A DNA stretch of 62,102 bases, filler included, from Asterionella formosa (lineage: Eukaryota): NCBI GenBank assembly GCA_002256025.1. It is 17 parts of 17 records of this genome, joined end to end, with 100 filler letters (N's around TTAATTAATTAA, not from the genome) between each part and the next. Parts side by side here need not be neighbours in the genome. Positions count along the whole stretch, not along the records: positions 47,615 to 51,162 come from NKIB01014060.1; positions 51,263 to 54,809 come from NKIB01014061.1; positions 54,910 to 58,456 come from NKIB01014062.1; positions 58,557 to 62,102 come from NKIB01014063.1; 13 more parts are not named here. The stretch is one strand, 5' to 3'. This document shows positions 50,984 through 62,102 of this stretch, one piece after another. The notes beneath the pieces were generated by a model, which worked only from the letters and a program-made list of their open reading frames with translations, made no database searches and was not told where the DNA came from. The translations under genes were made by a program, and so were the position numbers. Each line of letters opens with the position of its first letter. Within the stretch, counting starts at the first letter, position 1.

Positions 50984-51523
50984 CCCAGTTACCTTGGCCC
51001 ATGGAGCCTCCACCCATTGCGCAACATTATCCCTTATAACTTTTTTATTTTCTATGTTTTGAATCATAAAATTCTCCCATGCAGCCTGCACATAGCCTTT
51101 GAATGGCTTGTTGACGCCCACATCCAGTACTTGAGCGAAGCTGGGATGTGTAGCCAGGGGTTNNNNNNNNNNNNNNNNNNNNNNNNNNNNNNNNNNNNNN
51201 NNNNNNTTAATTAATTAANNNNNNNNNNNNNNNNNNNNNNNNNNNNNNNNNNNNNNNNNNNNCTTCATACATAAATATACAGATATGTTGATCAGACCGA
51301 TCGAAATTCTGACGTGGTCACCTCGACAGAATTCTTCTTCCCGATTTTCCTCGGAACTAAATATTGCATGGTTTATAACACTTTATAATTTTAGTTTGTG
51401 TTTTCTCCTTCTTTGATCGTCGCTTCAAACTCTTTGTATTCCTCGTGAGCCTCTTCAATCGTTAGCGTGTTTGTTGAGATCGGAACAAATTGCTGATAAA
51501 TTTTCAAATGATGTGATACCCAA

Positions 51524-51789
51524 TGTTGAAATTGCGTCCCGAAGCACTCTATGCTTTCTTGTATCCTGTAAGGAAACGTCAGGGACCAAATAGGCTGTAG
51601 ATATGAACAACGATGTATCCGTAATCGATTGTAATCATTCCTAAGAGTTTTAATAGAATTGTGGGTTTTACTGTTGGCGTAGATTGTTTTCGAATTCTCT
51701 GGTACCATATTCTTTCTTGATTCATTCGATTCAATATGTAGTAGGTAATTCATACCAGGATTTTCTTTCCTAAATTAATTTCTCCAACA
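51524..51789 (-). mobile_element. Solo LTR (266 bp) with 5-bp TSD cccaa
   Basis: TG...CA ends, cccaa at 51519-51523 and 51790-51794, and high similarity to the LTR at 59508-59774. Confidence 0.92.
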
Positions 51790-51969
51790 CCCAATGCAAA
51801 ATGATAAGAAGGGCTCTGACAATTATTTTGTCAAACAGGAGAACAAATTTAGACATCGACGAACAGCGTACCAGGTACAGTAACTCCGAGGCCGTGCAAG
51901 CAACGTTGATTATTTTAAGCTACCTGGTATCGGTATTGCTTTTCTGAACGGGTTCAAGATCCTCATGGG

Positions 51970-52860
51970 ATGGCTTCAATTCGATTTCAAATACTATTCC
52001 TTCTTGCAGGGCTTCTGCTATTGGAAATACTCCAGAGCCTTAAAACAGGTTTCCAATTTCAGGGGTACACGGAAGTGGAGGAGCAAGAGGCAACAACACC
52101 GGTCAATGCAGTTCCGATTGAACGAATTCCACATACTCTGTGGTTCACGTACAAGCACAACATTCTCGCGACAAAGCAACCCACGCATTACTACAACAAC
52201 ATCGTCAAGACTATTCATGCCTATCATGATGTGTGGAACAATGATACAGAAATGGAAGTCCACTTCCTGATTGACAGTAACTGTACAAATCTCTTGAAGC
52301 AAGTGGACGAAGAACTAAATCTCAGTCTCACCAACGCCTTTCTCGGGGAATCCTACGGACAATTCAAAGCTGACTTGTGCCGCATTGCCGCATTATATTT
52401 GCATGGTGGCTACTATTTTGATATTGATATCGAGGTCTTTCAACCCCTGTTGCTTGTCAATGAGGTGTCATTTAGCTCAGTAATATCAGCCACGAACATT
52501 CCAGCCTTTTTCCAGGCATATTTAGCCAGCGTTCCACGACACCCAATCATACGTCGAAATCTTGATACACTGGATGAGTTCTATAGAGAAGAAGGAGAAT
52601 GTTGGATTCGGGATAATAGAGATGGGCATGTTGGATGTTGCACATTAATGTCTGCTTGGAATCAAACAAAGAATAAGGGAAATGTCAAGATGCTCGAGGA
52701 AATCTATTTGAATCATGACATTCATGATGGGGCATACAGACATGTTCCATTTAGAGGAAGCACAGATTTATGTCACTACATTGTTCACGATCCCGAAGAT
52801 CATCAGGTATATTTCTATTCCAGAATGCCAGGGAGCAGAATTTGTGATCCACTATTTTAA
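51970..52860 (+). CDS. GT32 (Och1/Gly_transf_sug DxD) glycosyltransferase
   Basis: Signal anchor, IPHTLWFTYK and KADLCRIAALYLHGGYYFDID. Confidence 0.85.
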   Translation: MASIRFQILFLLAGLLLLEILQSLKTGFQFQGYTEVEEQEATTPVNAVPIERIPHTLWFTYKHNILATKQPTHYYNNIVKTIHAYHDVWNNDTEMEVHFLIDSNCTNLLKQVDEELNLSLTNAFLGESYGQFKADLCRIAALYLHGGYYFDIDIEVFQPLLLVNEVSFSSVISATNIPAFFQAYLASVPRHPIIRRNLDTLDEFYREEGECWIRDNRDGHVGCCTLMSAWNQTKNKGNVKMLEEIYLNHDIHDGAYRHVPFRGSTDLCHYIVHDPEDHQVYFYSRMPGSRICDPLF

Positions 52861-52960
52861 TATATGTGCATGTTGATGGTGGAGCTTTAATTAGTGAATT
52901 CATCATCACAATAGGCCTGAATTTTCCTGTGCCGCATTGTGCAAGGTTATACATAACTTG

Positions 52961-54145
52961 CTACTGAATAGGCTTGTCTCCTACAGCAGATGTCACCTTT
53001 GCGAGTCCATCAATCATTGCTGGTGGCCAGGAGACAACATTTTTCAAATAGTTTTGATCGACATATTTAAGCCTTGCCCTGTCCGGGATTTCCAAGTACT
53101 TTCTTTGGGCGGCAACTTGTTCACCAGATGCAGCTAGGAATGTTGCAAAGGCAGCGCGAACTTCAGGTACTTCTGGAAAGCGATTCTCCACTCGCTTCAA
53201 CATATCGAATCCACCCTTCAGGTCCCCCAATTGAAATTTAACTAGAGCCGACTTCAACCAGAATGGATTGACTTCATTGGAAGTCATAGAAATTGCCATA
53301 TTGTAATCATTGTCTGCTTGCCGATACATACCATTAATCTCCTTGGCTCGTGCCAAATTTTGCGAGATGATTCCGTCAGGACGGCCTCGCAAAATGGTGG
53401 CTTGTTGCAGGTCGGCGAGAGCTTCTTTTGGTCGGCCATTGTTGAGGCGAAGACTGCCCCTATTCAAAAATAGTACATATAAATCGTCGCACTTTCTAAC
53501 TCCAAAGCCTGCATTTTCCGTCTCTTTGATATTCTCTTTGCAAAGCTTGATAGCTTCACTGTATGATTCATCAGCTGGATCGAGAGTACCGAGTGCAACT
53601 TGAGTATTTCCCAAATTGCTCCAGCCATAAATGAACTGAAAGCAAGTGTATGGAAATGACAGCGATGAACGTGAGTTGTGAGTGTGCGTATACATAAACA
53701 TCATAGCTATTAGAGCTGTGCATGTGGTAATATGCTCTCGTTGTAACTAGCAGTAGGAGCAGCAACTGTAACTCAAACGTACCTTTGGCGAAATCTTTGT
53801 TGTCTTGATGTAGAGTCGTTGGGCTGCTGCCATGTTTCCTTGCATCTCGTACGCTCTTCCTTCATTAAAAATAGATTTGGCAGCCCCGCTCGCCACAACT
53901 TCCACCTCTGAAAAGGGCGGAGCACCATCGACTACCGGCGAGTCGACAGCGTCAGCTAGTACCGGCGATGCAGTTGTGCCGACCAGACAAGTTGCGCATG
54001 TCAGAACGGAGGAAATTATTGTCTCTCGTCGCGAGAGCGGAACGGAAATCTTTGCCAACGAAGGCCATGCTACCGATAGTGGAAATGACCAAGCATGGAC
54101 GGGAGAAATAACCAATGAAGTGAGAATAATGAGCAGCTGTCTCAT
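52961..54145 (-). CDS. TPR-repeat protein, probably plastid or thylakoid-lumen targeted; intron 53782-53636
   Basis: Signal peptide (MRQLLII...HAW), SRRE twin-Arg motif followed by a hydrophobic stretch, and TPR-like helices (GWSNLGN, FLNRGS). The GT-AG intron is in frame. Confidence 0.8.
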
Positions 54146-54983
54146 GTTGAGCGTGACGCCTTCGCAAAGGATGGTTTTGTGATGTCGGGAATGATTCAAC
54201 CGGTACTGGTACCAGTTACAGAAATAAGGAGAGCGACAACGAGTCTGTGATGTTATGTACGCATGCTACCGGTATGTATCTGTTACCAGGTACATACGAG
54301 GGAGTAATTGGTCGTGAATGATGTGAGCATGATGATGAACGATGGTGGCAGTTCGTATGCACTACATTTTGTAGTCGAAGAAGACATGTACTTACCACCT
54401 GGCCGTATGCATACAGCTGCATCCAAATAGCGGTAGCTGTACATAGTACATAAATAGTTTACCGGTATGTGTTTATCCAAATGCATATTACCTGGTACCG
54501 TTATATGTACCCTTACGTAGATACCTGGTGAGCAATCCTGCACATCGATATAGATATATATAGAGTTGGGGTTATGTCAAATATATCGGAATTCAATAAT
54601 GAGAGAACTCGACTAACACCCATTCTATACTTTGATGTCAGTTCAGGAAATGAGTTATACATAAGGATTAATTAATAAGCTCATATATTCAACAAATACT
54701 ACTACTTCTAGTTAGATACTTCACTTTGAATTCAAAAAGAGTCGAATTAGAAGACAACAAACATGGCAATGTATTCAAGGGTTCCTGTGATTCCTTTGAT
54801 CAAAGACTANNNNNNNNNNNNNNNNNNNNNNNNNNNNNNNNNNNNNNNNNNNNTTAATTAATTAANNNNNNNNNNNNNNNNNNNNNNNNNNNNNNNNNNN
54901 NNNNNNNNNAATATGTCTCATGTCCGACTCAATCTTGCTTGATGTTTCATCATGGGGCTTTCAGGAATTCATTGAAGGGTCCA

Positions 54984-56142
54984 ATGGCGACTCTACCTCC
55001 TCCTCCAGCGACCAACGTTGACAACGACAGTCGCGATCATGGGGCTGTAGCAAATCCACCACGAAGCGAAGCGTTATTGCCGTGGGGATATTCCTTTGCT
55101 GCTGTCGTTCGAGGTGTGTTTTCTACTTGTCAGACCTGAGAGGCACAGTGGTGTGACTTGAATGATGATTACCGGGCGCTACCATAACTTAATTTTCCTT
55201 CTAACCATGTCATGCGATGCAGCTGCTCTATTTAGCATGAAGAAAGGAACCATCATGGCATATGTCAAAAAGCGAGCCTTTCTGCGATTAGGAGCTCTCA
55301 CTGCACGTGATGGAGTCGCGACGCCCAAGACTCAGGGCTACCAAGAGTACCTTACAGGTAGGAGTGTGCGCCCAGAATTCATGACAATCCTGAATTTTGC
55401 CCTAGTCATTACAGTAGTCTGATATTAAATATCTTGTTTTCGAAACCAACCAGACATGATGAAGAACACGATCCTAGGTATGTCTGTTTTTGGTAGCTAC
55501 GAGTACATTGCCTACCATTGGCTAGCCAACAAATGTCACGGCTCCATCACAACATCATCATCAATTCCACCTCAAGACGACAATGATGATTATGTTCTAT
55601 TCAACGAATCAATTTACATAAAGGCTGCAGAGAGGTCACCAGTCGTTGCTCATTTTGGAGCTGGAGTTTGTTCAGGTCTAGCCCAATCCACTGTCATGAC
55701 TGTTTGGGAACAACCGTCACGGGCAAAATGGCCATTAGTTGGTCGACGAGCCATTCATCATGCTATTGGATATGCGTCACTTTTTGGATCATATGAAGGT
55801 TTTCGAAGATGGATTAAAAGTGGAATTCAAACGTATCTAGTCACACATGAATATCAACGAGATTTTATATTTACCATCACGAAGGAGGACCAATACTGGA
55901 CACAACGACAAGTGGTACCATTGATCACGTCGTTTTTGGCCGGTGGATTCGCAGGTCAAGTGCACCACTTGGTGCATCACATTACGTGGCATTGGAAAAA
56001 ATCATCACGTCCGCATAGACTCCTACCGCCATTGAGAAGTACATTGGGAGCCTTTGGACCAACAGCGTTGGCATTTGTTGCGTTTCAATATGGTGGGGAA
56101 CTAACGGAACGAATGATAGAGGAGCATTCCTCTCGTTTATAA
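54984..56142 (+). CDS. Hypothetical membrane protein, weakly mitochondrial-carrier-like; introns 55114-55222 and 55358-55453
   Basis: Two GT-AG introns join three ORFs in frame. Repeated FGSYE and (H/S)F.AG..(S/A)G helices. The start is uncertain. Confidence 0.6.
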
Positions 56143-56285
56143 CAGAATGATGATTAATGACTCAATGTCCCTCTAACTTATCGTCTTGTAGTAGTAATAT
56201 TTATCCCAAATTGCAGAAACAGACAATATGCGGTTTGTCCGTGTGATGAACCTCGGCGACTGATCCAGTACATATTCGAATGTTC

Positions 56286-56349
56286 CTGTATCGGTCTGGA
56301 GTTGTCTCCTTAACAAACTGTATCGGTCTGGAGTTGTCTCCTTAACAAA
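56286..56349. repeat. Perfect tandem duplication, 2 x 32 bp
   Basis: ctgtatcggtctggagttgtctccttaacaaa occurs twice. Confidence 0.9.
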
Positions 56350-56683
56350 TACAATTTGCTCCTCTGGCCTTGGGGGTTAAGAGTCAAAATGTCATTTTCT
56401 ATCCATTTGTTTCTAATGCGAGGCTCGAACCAGCTTGAGATCCGAGTTGGACCTTATGCTAGGGACTAACTCGCCAAAGAGCTGAAATGCAAAACACTAT
56501 CTCAATAAAACCAAGTTTAGTTTAATGGGGTGTGGCATCATACCCAGTTCCACTTCTGGAATGAGCTTTGCAGCGATTCGCTTCTCCCATGTACATACTG
56601 CTACGCTAAACAATCTATATTACCTACAACAAGTCCTTCACAATTAGACAGTACAATACTAAACAATCATGTTGTTTTATTCT

Positions 56684-58276
56684 TTATAATGTTTTTTCCT
56701 TATACCTGGCAAGAGGCCCAATTTTGAAATGATGTACCAAGACACCTACGGCTTGGATGGAACAATAAATGGCCATGCTCGCCAGAATTCCTTCCAATCG
56801 GTTGCCCAATGGTGAATTGATTAGAAGGACATTTATGAGAACGCTAAACGCAGTCAACGCTGCCAAGTCTCGATACTGTCCCATCCCCAACATGACACCT
56901 TCACCAGCAAACACAGGGCCATTGATCAAATGCACGATACAAGCCACCATGGCAGGCACTCTGACGGCGTTTTGGACTTCAGGGAGAGTACTGAAGATTG
57001 GAATCAAATATGGTAAAGCAAAATATTGCGTTACACCCAAAAGAGCTCCAATAAAGGCGCCCCAGACAAAGATCCGGTCAGCCATATTTCTCGCTTCTGG
57101 CAGTCCCTTCTTAGTAAGTGTCGATGGCACCAAGGCAGCCGCCGTTCCTTGAATGGCCACGTGGATGACAATACCAAGACTGTACAACTGCATAACGATC
57201 CCAAAGGCTGCCGCTGACACTCCAGTGGGATCCATGGCTTGTGCTCGCCGTGCGGCAGCTACAATACTAATGTTAATGGCAGCTTGTCTTGTCAGCATGC
57301 TGGCTCCCCCTTGAAGGATTGGCTTCAAGGATGCCCACGACGGTGGCTTGATAAGCGATTTCCACGCTGCAAGTTTTCGTCGCATTAACAATTTGATATA
57401 CACCACACCCGAAAACGCCTCAGCAATGGCAGTGGCAAGAGCCGCTCCAACAAATCCCAAATTTCCCGGAAAAATCAATATTGGGTCTAATACTAGATTC
57501 AAGGCGTTGGTAGCCATCGATACCTTCAGTGGGGTAACAGTGTTCAATTGACCTCGATACGCAGCAAAGCCAGTGGACGACCAGAGTACTGGAATCAAGG
57601 AAAGGGCTCTCAAGCGAAGGTATGGAACAGCATAGGCAATAGCGGGTGCATCACTTGACAAAACCATCTTGAGCGGTATATGGGGGAAGCCCACCATAAG
57701 GACAGTGCCAATTGCTCCAAATACGTTGCACAGGAACAGGGCTTCGCTGACTCGTGCCTTGGCTTCTTCGTTCGTCTTTGCTTGTGCCACGAGAGGAGCT
57801 GTAATCGTCGGGAGAAAGGCCACTAGGAAAAAGAGAGTAAAGAAGACGTTGTTGGCTGCCGCTTGTCCCGCAAGAGCCAAGGCGATTCCCATGCGGCCCA
57901 CCCAAAACGTATCGACACTGTTGACGAGAGGCACCACTGCCAAGTTGGCAATCGAAGGAAGCGCCGTAGACAACACCATTTTATCGTTCGGGGAAAGCGG
58001 AAAGGAAGGCAGCGCTCTGCGGAAGCGCGACCCCGCTGTTGAGCTAGCAGTGTCTGTGTCAGATTTAAGAATGTCCGAAGAGGTTGTCTCTTCGCTCTCC
58101 TGACGTTTGTTGTCAGTGTTCTCGTCAACGTTCGACGAAAGGTAGAGAGGCTTAGGGGAAGCTCGGCTGGTCACCAGTCGAGTGTTCCTCAAGGAGAACG
58201 ACGCCGTGAACTGCTGCAGCAGGAAGAACAACAAGAACGTCAAGGCGGCGCTTGTGAAGAAGAGGCGCCGTGTCAT
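56684..58276 (-). CDS. MATE/DinF-family transporter, probably plastid-targeted
   Basis: PLVNSVDTFWVGRMG, YLRLRAL, RGQLNTVTPL and NLVLDPILIF motifs. Bipartite-like leader ending TASF. Confidence 0.88.
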   Translation of the reverse strand: MTRRLFFTSAALTFLLFFLLQQFTASFSLRNTRLVTSRASPKPLYLSSNVDENTDNKRQESEETTSSDILKSDTDTASSTAGSRFRRALPSFPLSPNDKMVLSTALPSIANLAVVPLVNSVDTFWVGRMGIALALAGQAAANNVFFTLFFLVAFLPTITAPLVAQAKTNEEAKARVSEALFLCNVFGAIGTVLMVGFPHIPLKMVLSSDAPAIAYAVPYLRLRALSLIPVLWSSTGFAAYRGQLNTVTPLKVSMATNALNLVLDPILIFPGNLGFVGAALATAIAEAFSGVVYIKLLMRRKLAAWKSLIKPPSWASLKPILQGGASMLTRQAAINISIVAAARRAQAMDPTGVSAAAFGIVMQLYSLGIVIHVAIQGTAAALVPSTLTKKGLPEARNMADRIFVWGAFIGALLGVTQYFALPYLIPIFSTLPEVQNAVRVPAMVACIVHLINGPVFAGEGVMLGMGQYRDLAALTAFSVLINVLLINSPLGNRLEGILASMAIYCSIQAVGVLVHHFKIGPLARYKEKTL

Positions 58277-58556
58277 GGTTGGTTTGCCCGATGTGATGCC
58301 ACACAAACACAAGCTGCTCACTTCTTGCACTGCTATTTATGTGACCGTGACCGGCACCGGCACCGGCAGGCAAGTTGTAAGTCTGTGTTGAGTCAAACAA
58401 TAAGAGCAAACCTTGAATGCACAGTTCAGCACAACACAGCACAGTACAGAACTAGGNNNNNNNNNNNNNNNNNNNNNNNNNNNNNNNNNNNNNNNNNNNN
58501 TTAATTAATTAANNNNNNNNNNNNNNNNNNNNNNNNNNNNNNNNNNNNNNNNNNNN

Positions 58557-58850
58557 TCTTGCTGCTACACTGGAACGGAAGCGAATTTCAGACATTGTCA
58601 TTAGTACAAAAGAAACAAAAAGGCAACAAGAATTCAATACACTTCGCGGAAAAGTACTTACATTGAAGGAACAGAACAGAACAGAACAGAACAAAAGAAC
58701 AGATGTCTGTGCCAGAATTGAAATTAATGGTGCGTTGGTACAAACGATCAGGTGATTTGCCGGTTCCGCAAACAAGGCAAGCTCTGATTACAAGATTCGA
58801 TGACACCAATCACCGTGGTGACCAGCAGCCGCCATTCCCTCTCCATACAT
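58557..58850 (+). pseudogene. C-terminal fragment with a SAP-like motif, probably a DNA-transposon ORF, disrupted by a (cagaa)n run
   Basis: MSVPELKLMVRWYKR...TRQALITRF, with a microsatellite at about 58670-58692. Confidence 0.35.
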
Positions 58851-59507
58851 ACACCTCCTATTGCTGTGGTTGTTGTTACTGCACCTCCTCCTGTTGCTAT
58901 TCCCTCTCCTTCTACAACTGCTACTGCTGATCCACCATTCCGTGATGAAGTTTGAGACTTCGCCAGCAAGTAATTGGATGCAAAGAAGCTCGAGATTTTT
59001 TTAATGCATCAGAAGAGAATTCTCCGACGATGATGCTGCCCTGCAAAAGTGTAAAACGTAAAGTAATAAGAAAATAATTTTTGCAGTATTAACGGAGAAA
59101 AAATAAACACGGTTTGGGGGGAAAATGTATACATGTACAGATAGAAAAATATGCACTGGCTGTAAGCCACCGCTATGCAGTAATATTAGTGACTTTGGAA
59201 AATTTTTTTCTTCATGGCTAGATACACTGAATCAAAACTGATTCCTTAATAGTATAGCAGTGAGCATTGCCTAACATAAGCTTTGTGCTTGCGTCAAGTT
59301 TTGATCGTTGAATTACATAAATATTTTTAGTCGAAAGATAAAGTAAAATAACGGTGGCTTACAGTTTTTCAGTGTTACCTGGTACCGGTGCGACCGTTAT
59401 AACAAAATCAGGGTTGGAGTGGTGCTGGTTACTAAAAAGGCCGCCCAGGCGCAGTCTAGTCTCCGGCAAATGTAACTGATGTCGATTCGCATGGTACCAG
59501 GTACCAA

Positions 59508-59774
59508 TGTTGGAGAAAATATTTTAGGAAAGAAAATCCCGGTATGAATTACCTATTACATATGGAATCGAATGAATCAAGAAAGAATATGGTACCAGAG
59601 AATTCGAAAACAATCTACGTCAACAGTAAAAACCCATAATTCTTTTAAAACTCTTAGGAACAATTACAATCAATCACGGAGACATCGTTGTTCATATCTA
59701 CAGCCTATTTGGTCCCTGACGTGTCCTTACAGGATACAAGAAAGCATAGAGTGCTTCGGGACGCAATTTCAACA
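59508..59774 (+). repeat. 5' LTR of a Copia element
   Basis: TGTTG...CAACA ends. Boundaries are defined by the solo copy at 51524-51789. Confidence 0.92.
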
Positions 59775-59907
59775 GTTTTAATAGAATTAGCCGGCCAGGA
59801 AGAGCCGTGATACCACGATCAACAACAGGCGGACCATTGAGAGTCCGGAGACAAGATCTGAGGGTACCAGACCATCCAGAGTCTGAAGAAGTCGCAAATG
59901 GCGCATC

Positions 59908-62102
59908 ATGAGTGGCAAAGGAAAGTTTACCAAGAAGACTCAAGCCAAGGGCAAGTTTCAAGCCAAGGGAGGGAGCAATATTGCTTCTCACTCCATCAAG
60001 AAGTCAGTCAATGACTATAACTACTTCCTCGGATCATCGAAGCAGGCATCTGACTATGAGACTACTACTGAGTTCCTCATCAATCACATCAAGAAAGTGT
60101 TTGACTATGGCAACAACATAGAAACCGCGCTCAAGTTATTAGAACCAATGAGCACATTGGCATGGAAGCCAAGAATGCAAGTGAGCATTGCAACATCAGA
60201 AGAAGATCGGACTGCAGAGAATCGACAATATGAGATTGAGTTCAAGGCTGACTACGACACCTACAGTAAAAGGGTACAGGCCTACGAAAACAATGATACC
60301 AAGGCGTATGCATTGCTCTGGGAAAGATGCAACAAAGCCATGAAGAAGAAGATCGAAGCAAGATCCGATTACAATAGGATCAGAAATAACCCAATAACAT
60401 TGCTTATGGCAATTAAAGAACACACACTAAATTTTCAAGAAAATCGATATTCTATGTCAATCATTTTAGATGCGATGAGAACGCTTTTATTTACAAAGCA
60501 GAAGAAGGAGAAAGTCTACAAGACTACACCAAGAGATTTTGTGTGGCACGAGATGTGCTCAAGTCACACATGGGAGGACCCATTATCCTCACCAAGTTCG
60601 TTGAAGCCATGGATGGATACAACGAGACCGACATCAAGCAACGAGATAAATTTCGCGAACAAGCTTTCAGTCAATTTATGGCATATTTATATCTCGACAA
60701 TGCCGATCAGGCCAAATACGGATCAATTATGACCGGGCTGAACACTCAACAATCACTCAGAAATGATCAATACCCAAAGAGCATCACCAAATCAAATAAT
60801 GTTCTCAGCAATCATCGGTTTGATGTAACAAATAAATCTGTCTACAAGAAACCAGGAGATAATGATAAAGAGAGGAAACAAAAGGATGCAGGGAAGGAAG
60901 ACGGAGATGTGAACTTATCGTTTGCACTTTTAGAAGGAAAATGTTACTGCTGCGGAAAAGTAGGTCACAAATCTCTTCGTGCCAAGACAAGAACAAACCC
61001 AAAGAGGAATTGGCAATTAACAAGGTTCAAAGCCATGCAAAGGCACAGGCTAATACATCTGACACAAGTACAGTTACCTCTGTTAATTCCAACAACCCGC
61101 CATCATCACAGGCTTCACAACAAGCAAATGTCAATCAATTTGGATGGGCGGGAGCTCATATGAAACTACAATTTTACCAAGCATCTGACATGTGTGACTG
61201 GATACTATTGGATAATCAATCAAGTGTCACAGTCTTTTGCAATCCAAAAATGGTTGAAAACATTCAAATGTCAACCAATGGAAGCATGCACCTGGCCACA
61301 AATGGTGGATCCATGGTCACTAATATGAAGGCTGATCTTCCACAGTGGGGAGAAGTATGTTTTAATGAAAAGGCAATCACAAACATCTTCAGTTATGCCG
61401 AAATGGCAGATAGGTACAGAATTACCTACGTATCCGAGAAAGAAGATGCATTCATTGTTCATTTGCCTGACAAAACAGTTCGATTTGAAAGCATTGGGAT
61501 GAGCTTATATGTTTTCAAGCCAACTACAAGAATTAGAGCGGAGAATGCTCAATTGTTAAATACACTTGAAGAAAACAAAACATTTTACACTGAACGCCAA
61601 TTTCAGAGAGCTAAGCGAGCTCGTGATCTATTTCATGCCTTGGGTACACCGTCAATTAACGATTTCAAGGCTATAATTCGTATGAATACAATCAACAATA
61701 ATCCAGTGACTACCGATAATATCAAAATGGCAGAGAAAATTTTTGGACCTGACATTGGAACACTAAAAGGCAAGACAACTTGTTGCAAGCCGCTGCCAGT
61801 CGTGAACGACTATATCGAGATTCCTAAGGAGCTTATCCAAGCTCGCTCAATGCGAAGTGATTCTTTGCATGGATGGAATGAAAGTGAATGGACAATCATT
61901 TCTCAAGACAATTTCTCGAAACATTATGTATAGGACAGCGCAATGGGTCAAGAATCAGACAGCTGAAGTCTATGGAGATGCTTTGATTCAAGTATTCCGT
62001 GTTAATAATACCGGAGGATTTAAAATTACAACAATCCACTGTGACAACGAGTTTCGACCTTTGATGGAACAAATTTCCAATGAATTTCAAGTCACTATGA
62101 AC
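59908..62102 (+). mobile_element. Ty1/Copia (CoDi-like) gag-protease-integrase, frameshifted and running off the window
   Basis: Gag, CYCCGKVGH knuckle, protease WILLDNQSS and integrase IHCDNEF, with at least three frameshifts. Confidence 0.92.

Larger units (their letters stand above)
50015..51162 (-). mobile_element. pogo/Tigger-type DDE transposase C-terminal remnant, interrupted by a retroposon
   Basis: GVNKPFKGYV...VAQWVEAPWAKVT, continuing as VSLITKT*ASIGY beyond the insertion. Confidence 0.75.

Noticed and set aside
3616..58512. TTAATTAATTAA recurring every ~3.66 kb as a biological repeat or array
   Set aside because: It is always centred in N44 pads and stops all six frames, so it is an artificial contig joiner. 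The periodicity reflects length-sorted contigs.
1..62102. Gene cluster or operon-like system across the window
   Set aside because: The contigs are unrelated and concatenated, so adjacency across linkers has no meaning.

Overview
Eukaryotic DNA, most likely a diatom or related stramenopile: GT-AG introns, bipartite plastid-targeting presequences, diatom-type Copia elements and a CryptonS-like recombinase. The window is not a contiguous locus. It is 17 unrelated contigs of about 3.55 kb, roughly sorted by decreasing length and joined by an artificial N44-TTAATTAATTAA-N44 linker, so neighbourhood across linkers means nothing. Host genes: PA28 proteasome activator, homogentisate prenyltransferase, GT77- and GT32-like glycosyltransferases, two MATE transporters, a CID/RPRD protein, partial NRT2, an NhaC-like antiporter, a partial AAA/STAND ATPase, a plastid TPR protein and several hypothetical proteins. 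There are many decayed mobile elements: four Copia pieces, a solo LTR, a LINE fragment, a Crypton, Tc1- and pogo-like remnants and MITE ends. The most unusual signals are non-coding. (1) A ~0.9-kb ORF-less, poly(A)-tailed retroposon with a 15-bp target-site duplication, whose 5' junction folds into an HDV-like ribozyme topology with a reversed P1.1. Its 3' domain recurs with compensatory base changes on another contig. (2) A ~180-nt rod hairpin with five opposed CTCG/CGAG motifs. All RNA folds were derived by eye and need computational and biochemical testing.
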